IMG/VR virus record: IMGVR_UViG_3300007539_000056
Location: 1-39,032 of that record
From: a virus
Lineage: Duplodnaviria > Caudoviricetes
Length of the DNA stretch: 39,032 bases
Reading direction: 5' to 3' (one strand)
Below are positions 27,099-35,448 of this stretch, piece after piece (within the stretch, counting starts at the first letter, position 1; the number at the start of each line of letters is the position of its first letter). The notes under the pieces are model-generated. The model ran no database searches. It was not told the DNA's origin and saw nothing but the letters and a program-made list of their open reading frames with translations. The translations under genes were made by a program, and so were the position numbers.

Positions 27099-28058
27099 TT
27101 ATATGGCTTTTACTTGGGTTGAACATCTCACAGCACCTATATAAAGATCTGGAGATATTTGTGTAATCTCCTGCGCGCTAGAATTATTTATCCAACACCT
27201 TCTATAATAGAAGTTCTCTATCAAGTTTGGATAAAGACCACTAGGTACTGCGCCCTCCCTCAATTCATTTCTATAATTGAATGGAGAAACGCCCGAAAGT
27301 GCAACCTGAGTAGGCTCATATAAATGAATCGTTCTGTCGTTTTGGTAAACAATTGTATCCATCAAATTTACACACTCCCAATGGTTTTCTGCAACAATAT
27401 TAAATACAACTTCATTATTTACCCATTGTCCTCCGCCAAGCTGATACCCCTCCAGTCTTCTAGGGGGAATGACCTCTATAGCAATGCATGGTAGCTGAAC
27501 TCTGGTTTGACCGAGAGAAGCCCAACCACCAGAAGAAGCAACATGAAAATCTTCTTCAGTTCTGAATGATCTCTGTTGTATTTTTCTAAACCAAGGCACA
27601 CCTTCGGCTGGAACTACTTCTACCCATTTATGGCTATATTCTAATTTCACCTCGCTAGAGGTAGAGAGGGGAGACTCAAAAATAACTTTGCCATTTGGAT
27701 AATCAATATAATAAGGATTGGTTGCATCATCAAGAGCTAGAAAATCACCATCTACATATACGCCAGATATACTTATTGGCTGTTCTGTAGTTCCATCAAT
27801 TCCGCTTTCCCAAACCCAATTTTTTCTATAACCTTCCCAAACCGATCCGTTTGAATAATTTGGATCTTGTACCGATCTGAGTATATGTCTATCACCGCCA
27901 TAAATGCCAGACTGAGGAATTCTTATGTTGTAAAAAGAACCTTTATCCAAAAGTCCCCAATCATAAAATGATATAAAGTTGTCTAACAATATATTAGAAA
28001 GTGTTGCGTCTTGGGCATTGCTTATACTGCTAAGTTTTGTATGCGGTCCACCTGTCAT
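27099..28058 (-). CDS. Putative tail terminator/completion protein with an inserted beta domain
   Basis: 319 aa, immediately upstream of the tube. C-terminal LPCIAIEV..YQLGGG..VVFNIVAEN resembles terminator folds; YYIDYPNGKVIF..VKLEYS is a small beta-sandwich insert. Confidence 0.55.
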   Translation of the reverse strand: MTGGPHTKLSSISNAQDATLSNILLDNFISFYDWGLLDKGSFYNIRIPQSGIYGGDRHILRSVQDPNYSNGSVWEGYRKNWVWESGIDGTTEQPISISGVYVDGDFLALDDATNPYYIDYPNGKVIFESPLSTSSEVKLEYSHKWVEVVPAEGVPWFRKIQQRSFRTEEDFHVASSGGWASLGQTRVQLPCIAIEVIPPRRLEGYQLGGGQWVNNEVVFNIVAENHWECVNLMDTIVYQNDRTIHLYEPTQVALSGVSPFNYRNELREGAVPSGLYPNLIENFYYRRCWINNSSAQEITQISPDLYIGAVRCSTQVKAI

Positions 28059-28675
28059 CTTGTCAACTCCTGTCTAATTGTTTGATTTATAGCAGGTATG
28101 AAGGGATAAAGCGCCCTTGTTATAAAATTTGACTCTATGGTACCAGAGTATCGTGGATCAACTCTAAACGGGGGAGCTTCCTCGATCATTCTAGCTCCAC
28201 CAGTTCTACCAGCCCCTAGTTTATATTCAACACCATAGTCTTGAATTATTACCCTATCACCCTCAAAAAGAAGCCATCGCAACCAAGGTATATATCCTCC
28301 GGCCTCTATCTCCTGCACAGCTTCAGACAGGCTAAATAGATTTGCGGCTCCTACTGGCTGAATACCTATAGTTATACCACCTTTAAGCTTACCGCCAGAG
28401 GGAATAATTTTTCTAACTTCAACAAAGACAGAATCAACTATGCCCTTAATTATAGCTGGGGTCGGATCGCTAGTTAAGCCAAAGTCTAGTCTTAATTTAC
28501 CGTTGTAGTCAGAAAGTTCTGTCATTTCAGGACAATCATTGATAGCGTCATAAACAATATTTTTAACCCGTGTCTTGATTCTTCTGGAGGCGTTCTTCAG
28601 GGCATAACGCCCCTCTCTGGCGAGCGCCTCAACCATAAGCTTTTCTATTTGTTTATTGCTTTTGACTAATTTCAT
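28055..28675 (-). CDS. Putative neck / tail completion protein (HK97 gp10-like position)
   Basis: 206 aa, basic, WLLFEG and C-terminal GT..NFITRAL. Syntenic between head closure and terminator; ATGA overlaps. Confidence 0.5.
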   Translation of the reverse strand: MKLVKSNKQIEKLMVEALAREGRYALKNASRRIKTRVKNIVYDAINDCPEMTELSDYNGKLRLDFGLTSDPTPAIIKGIVDSVFVEVRKIIPSGGKLKGGITIGIQPVGAANLFSLSEAVQEIEAGGYIPWLRWLLFEGDRVIIQDYGVEYKLGAGRTGGARMIEEAPPFRVDPRYSGTIESNFITRALYPFIPAINQTIRQELTR

Positions 28676-29184
28676 TGATTGGCTCTATTCCAGAATGTAA
28701 CAACATACTTGGTATCGTTCTGCTTAAAGCCCTGCGGGTACGATGGGCCATTTTTCTCAAATCTACCAGTGTCATAATTCTCTATTCCGTCATATATAGG
28801 AATTAAATACTTACACTTGTTTATTTTGTCAAGGTCTGCCATATAAGCTATTGTTTGAATAGCGCCATTAGGAATATCTATATTCTCAGCAACCTTAACA
28901 AAAGACCTTCTATCCCAATAAATCCTAAGAGTAATTTCGTCAGTAGCCTCTATTGCTTTATAACCCTTGCCTCCACAATAAGGACAAGGCATACCTCTCT
29001 CAAAAGGAATTGGTCCACCAGTTTTATACTTGCTGACAGACCTAGTTCTTGTACCCATAGTATCAAGATAACAATTAGGACAGGCTTCTTTTTTCTCTGG
29101 ATATACTAACTTAGCGGTTCTTGTAAACAACAAAACCGCTTCGTTATAAGTATTAAAAACACTACTTGGGATATTAATCGCCAT
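28672..29184 (-). CDS. Putative head closure protein with a Zn-ribbon insert
   Basis: 170 aa, CPNC...CPYCGGKG. Neck-region synteny; TAATG coupling. Confidence 0.5.
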   Translation of the reverse strand: MAINIPSSVFNTYNEAVLLFTRTAKLVYPEKKEACPNCYLDTMGTRTRSVSKYKTGGPIPFERGMPCPYCGGKGYKAIEATDEITLRIYWDRRSFVKVAENIDIPNGAIQTIAYMADLDKINKCKYLIPIYDGIENYDTGRFEKNGPSYPQGFKQNDTKYVVTFWNRANQ

Positions 29185-29624
29185 TAGACAATCCTATATG
29201 TTATATGTCCAGCAATATTTCCAACGGTATTAGTAATATTAAGGTCCTCACCAATAGCAGTAGTCATAATAGCTTCATTATCTGTTGCTGGTGATGAAAT
29301 ACCACCATTCGTAGCAATAGCAAAACTTCCAGATATAGCGGTGGTGCCAGATTTAAATGTAACCAAGGTGGTATCGTCGCAAACAAAAGCGTAGCTCATT
29401 ACTTCGATTTGTCGTCCGGGCACTCCTGCACGTAAGAGCTGTGTTACCGCACCAGCCGAAATAACGGCGTGCTCAACAATGCCGTACATACTATAGTCTT
29501 GAGGAAGGTTCGACCTTACCAGCGCATCGCTTGAAAGTGAGGCAAAAACGCCAGAACCAGTACTGCTTATAACGGCACCACCCTCGTTAAAACCGTTACC
29601 AGAAACTATCTTTTGCGTAGTCAT
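29184..29624 (-). CDS. Hypothetical structural protein (small beta-sandwich)
   Basis: 146 aa, G/A/S/T/V-rich, RBS GGAG. Confidence 0.65.
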   Translation of the reverse strand: MTTQKIVSGNGFNEGGAVISSTGSGVFASLSSDALVRSNLPQDYSMYGIVEHAVISAGAVTQLLRAGVPGRQIEVMSYAFVCDDTTLVTFKSGTTAISGSFAIATNGGISSPATDNEAIMTTAIGEDLNITNTVGNIAGHITYRIV

Positions 29625-29643
29625 TTATTTTTTCTCCAAAATT

Positions 29644-30156
29644 TTAATTAAAGTATCCGCCGATATCATAACGGTTTTGACTTACACCCCATCCACCGGG
29701 ACTGTATGGACTAAGAATGGCAGCGCCAACAGAGGTTCCATCACCGTTGCCAGACTCGTATCTGTATTTGTTTAATATTTCTTCATACTTAGAGCAAATA
29801 TCTTTGTGCAATAACATAAGACTATTACTCACACCTCTAAGGTCAATTGCTGATGGACCATCTTTAATAGAGATAGCGTTCGCGGATTCTGTTTTTGCTT
29901 CGCTTCCTATTAGTATACAGGCGCTCTTATAAACCGTCAGTATTGCGAAATCTGTATCCTTTTGAATTATAGGATCTGGCGAAATAGAAACGCCGCCCAC
30001 GTTGACTGTATAGGTATTCGGAAAATCTGCATCGTTTTGCACGTTGTACGCCCCAACAACCAAAACCTGTTTTAATCTTTCGTCTGTATACTTTGTTCCA
30101 TCTAAGTCGCCTATCACCGACCTAAACATTAAAACCATATCTACTTGCCACGACAT
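29644..30156 (-). CDS. Putative head-tail adaptor/connector
   Basis: 170 aa. FRSVIGDLD..YTDERL N-terminal helix and ISIKDGPSAID hairpin fit SPP1 gp15/HK97 gp6-like adaptors; first gene of the neck cluster. Confidence 0.6.
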   Translation of the reverse strand: MSWQVDMVLMFRSVIGDLDGTKYTDERLKQVLVVGAYNVQNDADFPNTYTVNVGGVSISPDPIIQKDTDFAILTVYKSACILIGSEAKTESANAISIKDGPSAIDLRGVSNSLMLLHKDICSKYEEILNKYRYESGNGDGTSVGAAILSPYSPGGWGVSQNRYDIGGYFN

Positions 30157-30165
30157 ATTATTACC

Positions 30166-30492
30166 CTATAGGTTTTCGTATACTTTGAACGTATCTACAT
30201 TTGATCTAAAAACTCCACCGCCAATTTCTACTTTTGCCTGAATTCTCCAAGTTCCTATTTCGTTTAGATCTCCCCCTACGCTGGTATACTTCATTTTTCC
30301 ATCAGTTCCATCTGAATCCAGAACCGCATTTTTTGTTGATGAAACTCCAGAAGGAGATTTAAAAATAAGCTGTAAAGAAGAAGCCGACGATATGTCTAGA
30401 ACGGTAGAAGTCCCAGAAACACAATCGTTCATGGTTACTAAAAACACAGTTCCAACATCATTATAATGTAGTTCTTCTTCCGAACATGTCAT
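30166..30492 (-). CDS. BppU N-terminal-like Ig-fold protein
   Basis: 108 aa with the pattern LDIS..LIFKSPSG..DGTDGKMKY..GDLNEIGTWRIQA..FRS..FKVYENL, characteristic of BppU_N-like domains. Confidence 0.65.
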   Translation of the reverse strand: MTCSEEELHYNDVGTVFLVTMNDCVSGTSTVLDISSASSLQLIFKSPSGVSSTKNAVLDSDGTDGKMKYTSVGGDLNEIGTWRIQAKVEIGGGVFRSNVDTFKVYENL

Positions 30493-30549
30493 TTTTTTCT
30501 CTCTAGGCTATACAGGGTAGCGATAAAATTTTCTTTATTCTAAATAGTT

Positions 30550-30556
30550 ATACCCA
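30550..30556 (-). promoter_or_regulatory. TGGGTAT variant of the putative late promoter motif
   Basis: AATTTGGGTATAACTA in the 100-nt gap upstream of the neck cluster; one mismatch to TGTGTAT. Confidence 0.35.
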
Positions 30557-30592
30557 AATTTTTATGTTTTGGGGTCGTAATTATAAAATAAA

Positions 30593-33500
30593 TTATCCAG
30601 CCCGAAGGGTGGTTCTATTTAGGTAACTCAAGAAACCTTTGTATCCAAACTCTCCGTCGATTTCGTGAGCTTCATCTGCACCAATATCCCAAGTAATGCT
30701 TGCGGTTCTATCGTATCCGTCTATATCGTATTGAACTCCCTCTGGCGTATTTCCAAGATCTGCACCAACATTTAGTGCATCCGAACCCATAACTAGATGT
30801 AAATCTTCGCTTCCCGGAGTAGTGCTTATGAATTGTTTAACAGGATCAACATTTATTATATGACCAGTTCCAACCCCGTCATCGGCTGTTGCATCTGATG
30901 ATAGATTGTTGCTAGTTATTGGCGTACCAACATAAACGAAGCCAGACCCTTCAACGCTAGACGCTATACAGTTTTTGCAATTAACTCCACCGGATCGTAA
31001 ATAATATCCATTCGTGTTACCCCTAAGATCATGCACAGTATTATTAAAAACGTAAGCCGTAGAGTTTGAAGTAGTTCTGATGGCATAGGCCCCAGTGACG
31101 TGTGAAAAGTTATATATTGTATTATTAAATATATTCATAGCATAATAATCAAAATAAAACAGATTATTGTACATACCCCCGTTATATAATAACAGTCTGC
31201 TATATTGATTTACGCCAGAACCACCATTTCCGCTAAACGCTGCCACCCTAAAAGAATTGTAATCAACTTCTAATAAAGACACATGAACGGGTAGCGTATT
31301 TCCACCAGAAACACCTTGATAATTTGCTTGGGATACTATCTTTGCACCAGTTCCAGCCGTTCCGTCATGATGTTCGCCAGTAGCAACCGTCAATTTGACA
31401 GAGTTTAAACCAACAGTTCCCCCGCCGTCTATGGTGCCTACTGCGGCAAACGTACTATCATTATAACATTCACCAACAGCATTTGAACCATTGCCATATT
31501 TAGCGGTGTTATCTAGGTCAGCCTCCCAAGCCGTAATGGTGCTGTAGTCACGAGAGGACGTTCCGATACTGGCAGTGAGGGCGTATTGATGAGCACCAAT
31601 GTCCCAAGCGGTTCCAGTAAAGGCAGCACGATTACTACCGTTGATATCAATAGAGTACTCAGAAGAAAGAATCTGACCAGACCCGATTAAAGAAGATGTT
31701 TCGAGCAGATGTAAATCTTCCGAGCCAGCTACCGTCGAAACAAAATGATCGGAAGGAGTAATGCCGGTTATTTGACCAGAGCTATCACTTGTGGCATTAG
31801 TTGTGGGCGAAATTGTCCAGCCAGTATCTATGTCTATTGGGAAGTTAGCCATGATATTAGAGCGAATATCTACGTTAGTAGAAAAATTAACATAGTCTAT
31901 TCCAACTATTGATCTATTCGTAATACTAGAACCATAACCAGTATTATTATAGAAATACGAATTTCCACCATAAGACGATCTTATGCAATAACCCATAGTA
32001 ATAAAAACATTGTTATGTACCCTAACGTCTGGAGTATTACTATTTATATAAATACCCCCAGCTGGAGATACAGATCCATTTTCTAGCGAATGAAATAAGC
32101 AACCATTAATATCTATGTTTGTGACATTGTGACCAATCCTAGTCCAAAGACCTAAACCATCGTAACCATAGTAGTCGTCAAATTCAAACTCCATATATTC
32201 AAATCTTATATTTGGATCTGCAAATTGAAAAAATGTTACGTTAGCGTGATTTACCCCAGTATTGGTTAGTTTCGCCCCAGTTCCAGCAGTGCCATCATGA
32301 CGCTCACTAAGCGGCGTAGTTATAGTTATTGAAGATAAGCCGCTAGAAGTATCTATTACTGTCGTAGAAGATACGGTAAAATCACTATCATTATACACCT
32401 CTCCAACAGCATCGTCGTCTGTTTGATAAATATCGCTATCAAGATCAGCTTCCCAAGCCACAAACGTACTGTAATCACGAGACGCAGACCCAATGGTTTT
32501 GACAACAGTGGCTACCGCTTGATCGGCCCCAATATCCCATGCCAAACCACGAGCATCACGATCAACACCATCAATGTCGTATTGAACCCCTTCTATAGAA
32601 GTGCCCAAATCAGCACCTGCACCGATAGCATCGGAACCAGATTTTAAATGCAAATCTTCCGCACCAGCGACTATACTAATAAATTGATTAGTAGCCGACT
32701 TGTTGACAAGAGACCCGGTGCCGGAAGCGGTAGAATCCGAGGAAAGATTATTGTTTACTGTTCCGAGCGAATACGTATTGTTAAAATCGTCGCCGGTATT
32801 TCCGGTAGATATAATATTACGAAGATTAAGGTCTGCATCATCAGTAGCACTTAAACCAGCACTATCACATCCATAAATAGTTACATTTTCAACTCTAGCA
32901 TATCTGCCAAAAACGTTAAGACTAACACCAACAGCATCGCAATCATAAACAATTGAGTTATATAACTCTAATCTTCTTGTAGACTCGCCAACCGCTGCAC
33001 CAGCATTACTTAGGCCATTCCCATGAACCAACATTCTCGTAGCAACTAGACCCACGCCAGTAGCATTTCCTGCGGTTCTTAAATGTGGCACAAATGTATT
33101 ATATGTGGAAGTATTGATTTCTATTTGATTAACATATACTTCATTGGTATTCACACTTATGGTACCATTGAATATCTCCACTCCGGTTCCAGATGTTCCG
33201 TCATGACCCTCATTAACTGCTGGTCTTAATGTTTTAGAAGATAAAGAGCTTCCACCGTCTATCGTCATAATTCCAGAAAAATCACTATCATCATAACACT
33301 CACCAACCGCATCATCGCCGGTCTGATATATTGGGTCATCGAGTGCCGCTTCCCAAGCAATAATAGTGCTGTAATCTCTAGAAGAAGTGCCAATAGTTTT
33401 GACGACAGTAGCTACCGCTTGATCGGCCCCAATATCCCACGCAGCACCACGGGCATCGCGATCAACACCATCAATGTCATACTGCGTGTTTTCTAGGTAG

Positions 33501-34405
33501 TAGGAATTAATAGTAGAAGACCTTGTAGCCACAATATCTTCGCCAGCCCCAATAGCATCAGAAGTAGAAGCTAAATGATAATCCTCAGATCCAGAAACAG
33601 TAGAAACAAACTGCTGAGTTTCATCTATATCTGTAATATGATCTGACAGGTTAGCTAGTCCGTTTGGAAAACTGGAGTAGTTAGTTATATTATTTGCATA
33701 GTCAGGAAATGATGTTGGTGTAGTTCCTCCGGGGTCAACAGCAACACTTGTACCATTCGCTATCAGTATATTGTTTTTAATCTTTGCGTTGGCTTGACCA
33801 TTAACTTTGTCGCGAGCGTATAAACAATATGAAGATTGAGCAATGATTGTATTGTTAATAATCTCTGGGGTCGCACCATACAAACATTGCGTATTAACAC
33901 CTTTTCCAGTAACGCCGTATAGTATAGAGTTGTATAAATAGCCGGTACCAAATCCCATACCTACCATATCTCTATTTGCTGCCCCAGTGGATGTCCGTAT
34001 TATGCCAGCATTAAAAACATTATTATTACCGATAGTAACCAATGCTTGTTCTGCATTTACGTTTCGCTCTATTTCTATATACCTCAACTCTAGTGTTGGT
34101 GTTGTTGAACCCAAAATACACCTATCATTACCACCACCATAGGAAAGGGTTTGTATTTTAACGCCTGTGTCAGCAGTGCCATCGTGACGTTCGCTCGTTG
34201 CTGGGATGAGTAAGATTGAATTCAGGCCAACTGTTGATCCTCCGTCTATAATAGATCCCTCTACGAAAGTGCTATCATTATAGCACTCGCCAACAGCATC
34301 ATCACCGCTAGTATATATGTTAGTGTCGTCTAAGTCTGCTTCCCACGCCGTGATCGTAGAATAATCGCGACTAGAAGTTCCGATAGATTTTGTGACGGTT
34401 GCCAT
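30593..34405 (-). CDS. Adhesin/tail-associated protein with four tandem beta-helix (pectin-lyase-like) modules
   Basis: 1270 aa. Four copies of IG[TS]xSRDYSTxxAWEAxLD..AVGExYxDS..HDGT..[variable NN/NxT ladder]..ED[LY]HL..DI[DN]GxxR..WDIGA. Modules start near 34405, 33412, 32512 and 31583. Confidence 0.8.
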   Translation of the reverse strand: MATVTKSIGTSSRDYSTITAWEADLDDTNIYTSGDDAVGECYNDSTFVEGSIIDGGSTVGLNSILLIPATSERHDGTADTGVKIQTLSYGGGNDRCILGSTTPTLELRYIEIERNVNAEQALVTIGNNNVFNAGIIRTSTGAANRDMVGMGFGTGYLYNSILYGVTGKGVNTQCLYGATPEIINNTIIAQSSYCLYARDKVNGQANAKIKNNILIANGTSVAVDPGGTTPTSFPDYANNITNYSSFPNGLANLSDHITDIDETQQFVSTVSGSEDYHLASTSDAIGAGEDIVATRSSTINSYYLENTQYDIDGVDRDARGAAWDIGADQAVATVVKTIGTSSRDYSTIIAWEAALDDPIYQTGDDAVGECYDDSDFSGIMTIDGGSSLSSKTLRPAVNEGHDGTSGTGVEIFNGTISVNTNEVYVNQIEINTSTYNTFVPHLRTAGNATGVGLVATRMLVHGNGLSNAGAAVGESTRRLELYNSIVYDCDAVGVSLNVFGRYARVENVTIYGCDSAGLSATDDADLNLRNIISTGNTGDDFNNTYSLGTVNNNLSSDSTASGTGSLVNKSATNQFISIVAGAEDLHLKSGSDAIGAGADLGTSIEGVQYDIDGVDRDARGLAWDIGADQAVATVVKTIGSASRDYSTFVAWEADLDSDIYQTDDDAVGEVYNDSDFTVSSTTVIDTSSGLSSITITTPLSERHDGTAGTGAKLTNTGVNHANVTFFQFADPNIRFEYMEFEFDDYYGYDGLGLWTRIGHNVTNIDINGCLFHSLENGSVSPAGGIYINSNTPDVRVHNNVFITMGYCIRSSYGGNSYFYNNTGYGSSITNRSIVGIDYVNFSTNVDIRSNIMANFPIDIDTGWTISPTTNATSDSSGQITGITPSDHFVSTVAGSEDLHLLETSSLIGSGQILSSEYSIDINGSNRAAFTGTAWDIGAHQYALTASIGTSSRDYSTITAWEADLDNTAKYGNGSNAVGECYNDSTFAAVGTIDGGGTVGLNSVKLTVATGEHHDGTAGTGAKIVSQANYQGVSGGNTLPVHVSLLEVDYNSFRVAAFSGNGGSGVNQYSRLLLYNGGMYNNLFYFDYYAMNIFNNTIYNFSHVTGAYAIRTTSNSTAYVFNNTVHDLRGNTNGYYLRSGGVNCKNCIASSVEGSGFVYVGTPITSNNLSSDATADDGVGTGHIINVDPVKQFISTTPGSEDLHLVMGSDALNVGADLGNTPEGVQYDIDGYDRTASITWDIGADEAHEIDGEFGYKGFLSYLNRTTLRAG
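32491..33484. repeat. Dispersed direct repeat at module junctions (32491-32584 and 33391-33484)
   Basis: 83 of 94 nt identical by manual count, including an identical 29-mer at 32511-32539 and 33411-33439, exactly 900 bp apart. Confidence 0.9.
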
Positions 34406-35382
34406 TAAATTATCCTTTCGCCGGGACGATTATCTCTTTTGTTAAGCAGTAAGGAAGGATCATTAAAAGGAAGATGGTCTAATACTTTGTAGGTAATGTC
34501 ACTATCACGCAACCAAGGTGCATTTTCACAGTTGCACTGTTTTTCTCTGCCAACAAGAACTGTTTTGTCGATAACTTCTTGCTCGGTTTTTCCGATTGTT
34601 TCCAAGGTAGAGGTTCTCCAGTCGGAAACCTTCATGTTTCTTTTCTTGAAAGTAACAGATACAATTTCGGTTTCTGGATCTTTTGTATATGTCCAACCGC
34701 CGGTTGGATGCTGCCAAATACCTTCATCGCTGAAAGTTGGGAATATGGTGGTTCCATCTGGATCGGTGATTGGGTCGCCCGGCTCAAACGTGGCACTAAA
34801 GTCCGAAACAAGTGCCTGCTGCTCTACGTCGGAAAAGTTTTCAATCTGCGTGCAGAGAAAATGACGAACATCTAATCTGCCCATAGGCCAAAGCGTGTGA
34901 TCCTGCCCGCAGCATGGACATTCGCCCGGAGTGTTTCGGCAATCACAGCCGTTTTGAACGATAACCCACGCTTGGTCAATCGCCTCTTGTGAAAAATCGC
35001 TCTTTCCACCGTGCCAAATTTCCGCTCTTGTAGTACCAAAGATTCTATGCTTGGCGTGTTTTAGTCTACGTCGAACAAACTGGTCAACATTCATACTCTC
35101 TTCGCCAAAAATTTCTTCTGCCAAAACATTGCCAAGATGGTCCGTTTCAATTCTCTTAACCTGTGTGTGATTTAATCTTTCAAATCTATATTGGTAAATA
35201 CAATCAAGAAATTGTTTTGCTTTGCCGTCTGGACGTAAGCCATCATTAGTAAATCCATGATGCTGATAATGACAGATTTGTTGGGCATGAGTACCCAAAA
35301 CCTGCTTATCAGTAAAAGCACAAAGAATGTCTCCATCTTCATAAGTAGATTGGTTATTAACATTTATTATGAGTTCTGCCAT
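34405..35382 (-). CDS. Hypothetical protein translationally coupled to the beta-helix module gene
   Basis: 325 aa, RBS GGAG, TAATG overlap with the 1270-aa gene. His/Cys-rich, with CDCRNTPGECPCC and CNC. Confidence 0.75.
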   Translation of the reverse strand: MAELIINVNNQSTYEDGDILCAFTDKQVLGTHAQQICHYQHHGFTNDGLRPDGKAKQFLDCIYQYRFERLNHTQVKRIETDHLGNVLAEEIFGEESMNVDQFVRRRLKHAKHRIFGTTRAEIWHGGKSDFSQEAIDQAWVIVQNGCDCRNTPGECPCCGQDHTLWPMGRLDVRHFLCTQIENFSDVEQQALVSDFSATFEPGDPITDPDGTTIFPTFSDEGIWQHPTGGWTYTKDPETEIVSVTFKKRNMKVSDWRTSTLETIGKTEQEVIDKTVLVGREKQCNCENAPWLRDSDITYKVLDHLPFNDPSLLLNKRDNRPGERII

Positions 35383-35411
35383 TTTTAAAATCTCCAGTGG
35401 TATCTGTTATT

Positions 35412-35423
35412 TATTTATACACA
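35412..35423 (-). promoter_or_regulatory. TGTGTATAAATA, putative late promoter
   Basis: TGTGTAT core overlapping TATAAATA (the T4 late promoter consensus), followed by ATAACAGAT as at the 27082 site. Confidence 0.6.
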
Positions 35424-35448
35424 TAAAAGTATTTGCTTTAAGTATAAT

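Noticed and set aside
23634-30492. Contractile injection system, tailocin or myovirus tail
   Set aside because: No sheath or wedge (gp25/J-like) gene is recognisable beside the tube, and head-tail joining genes are present.
30593-34405. Diversity-generating retroelement or shufflon behind the repeated modules
   Set aside because: No reverse transcriptase or recombinase in the window. The repeats are in-frame, coding and direct, and mismatches are mostly third-position rather than adenine-specific.
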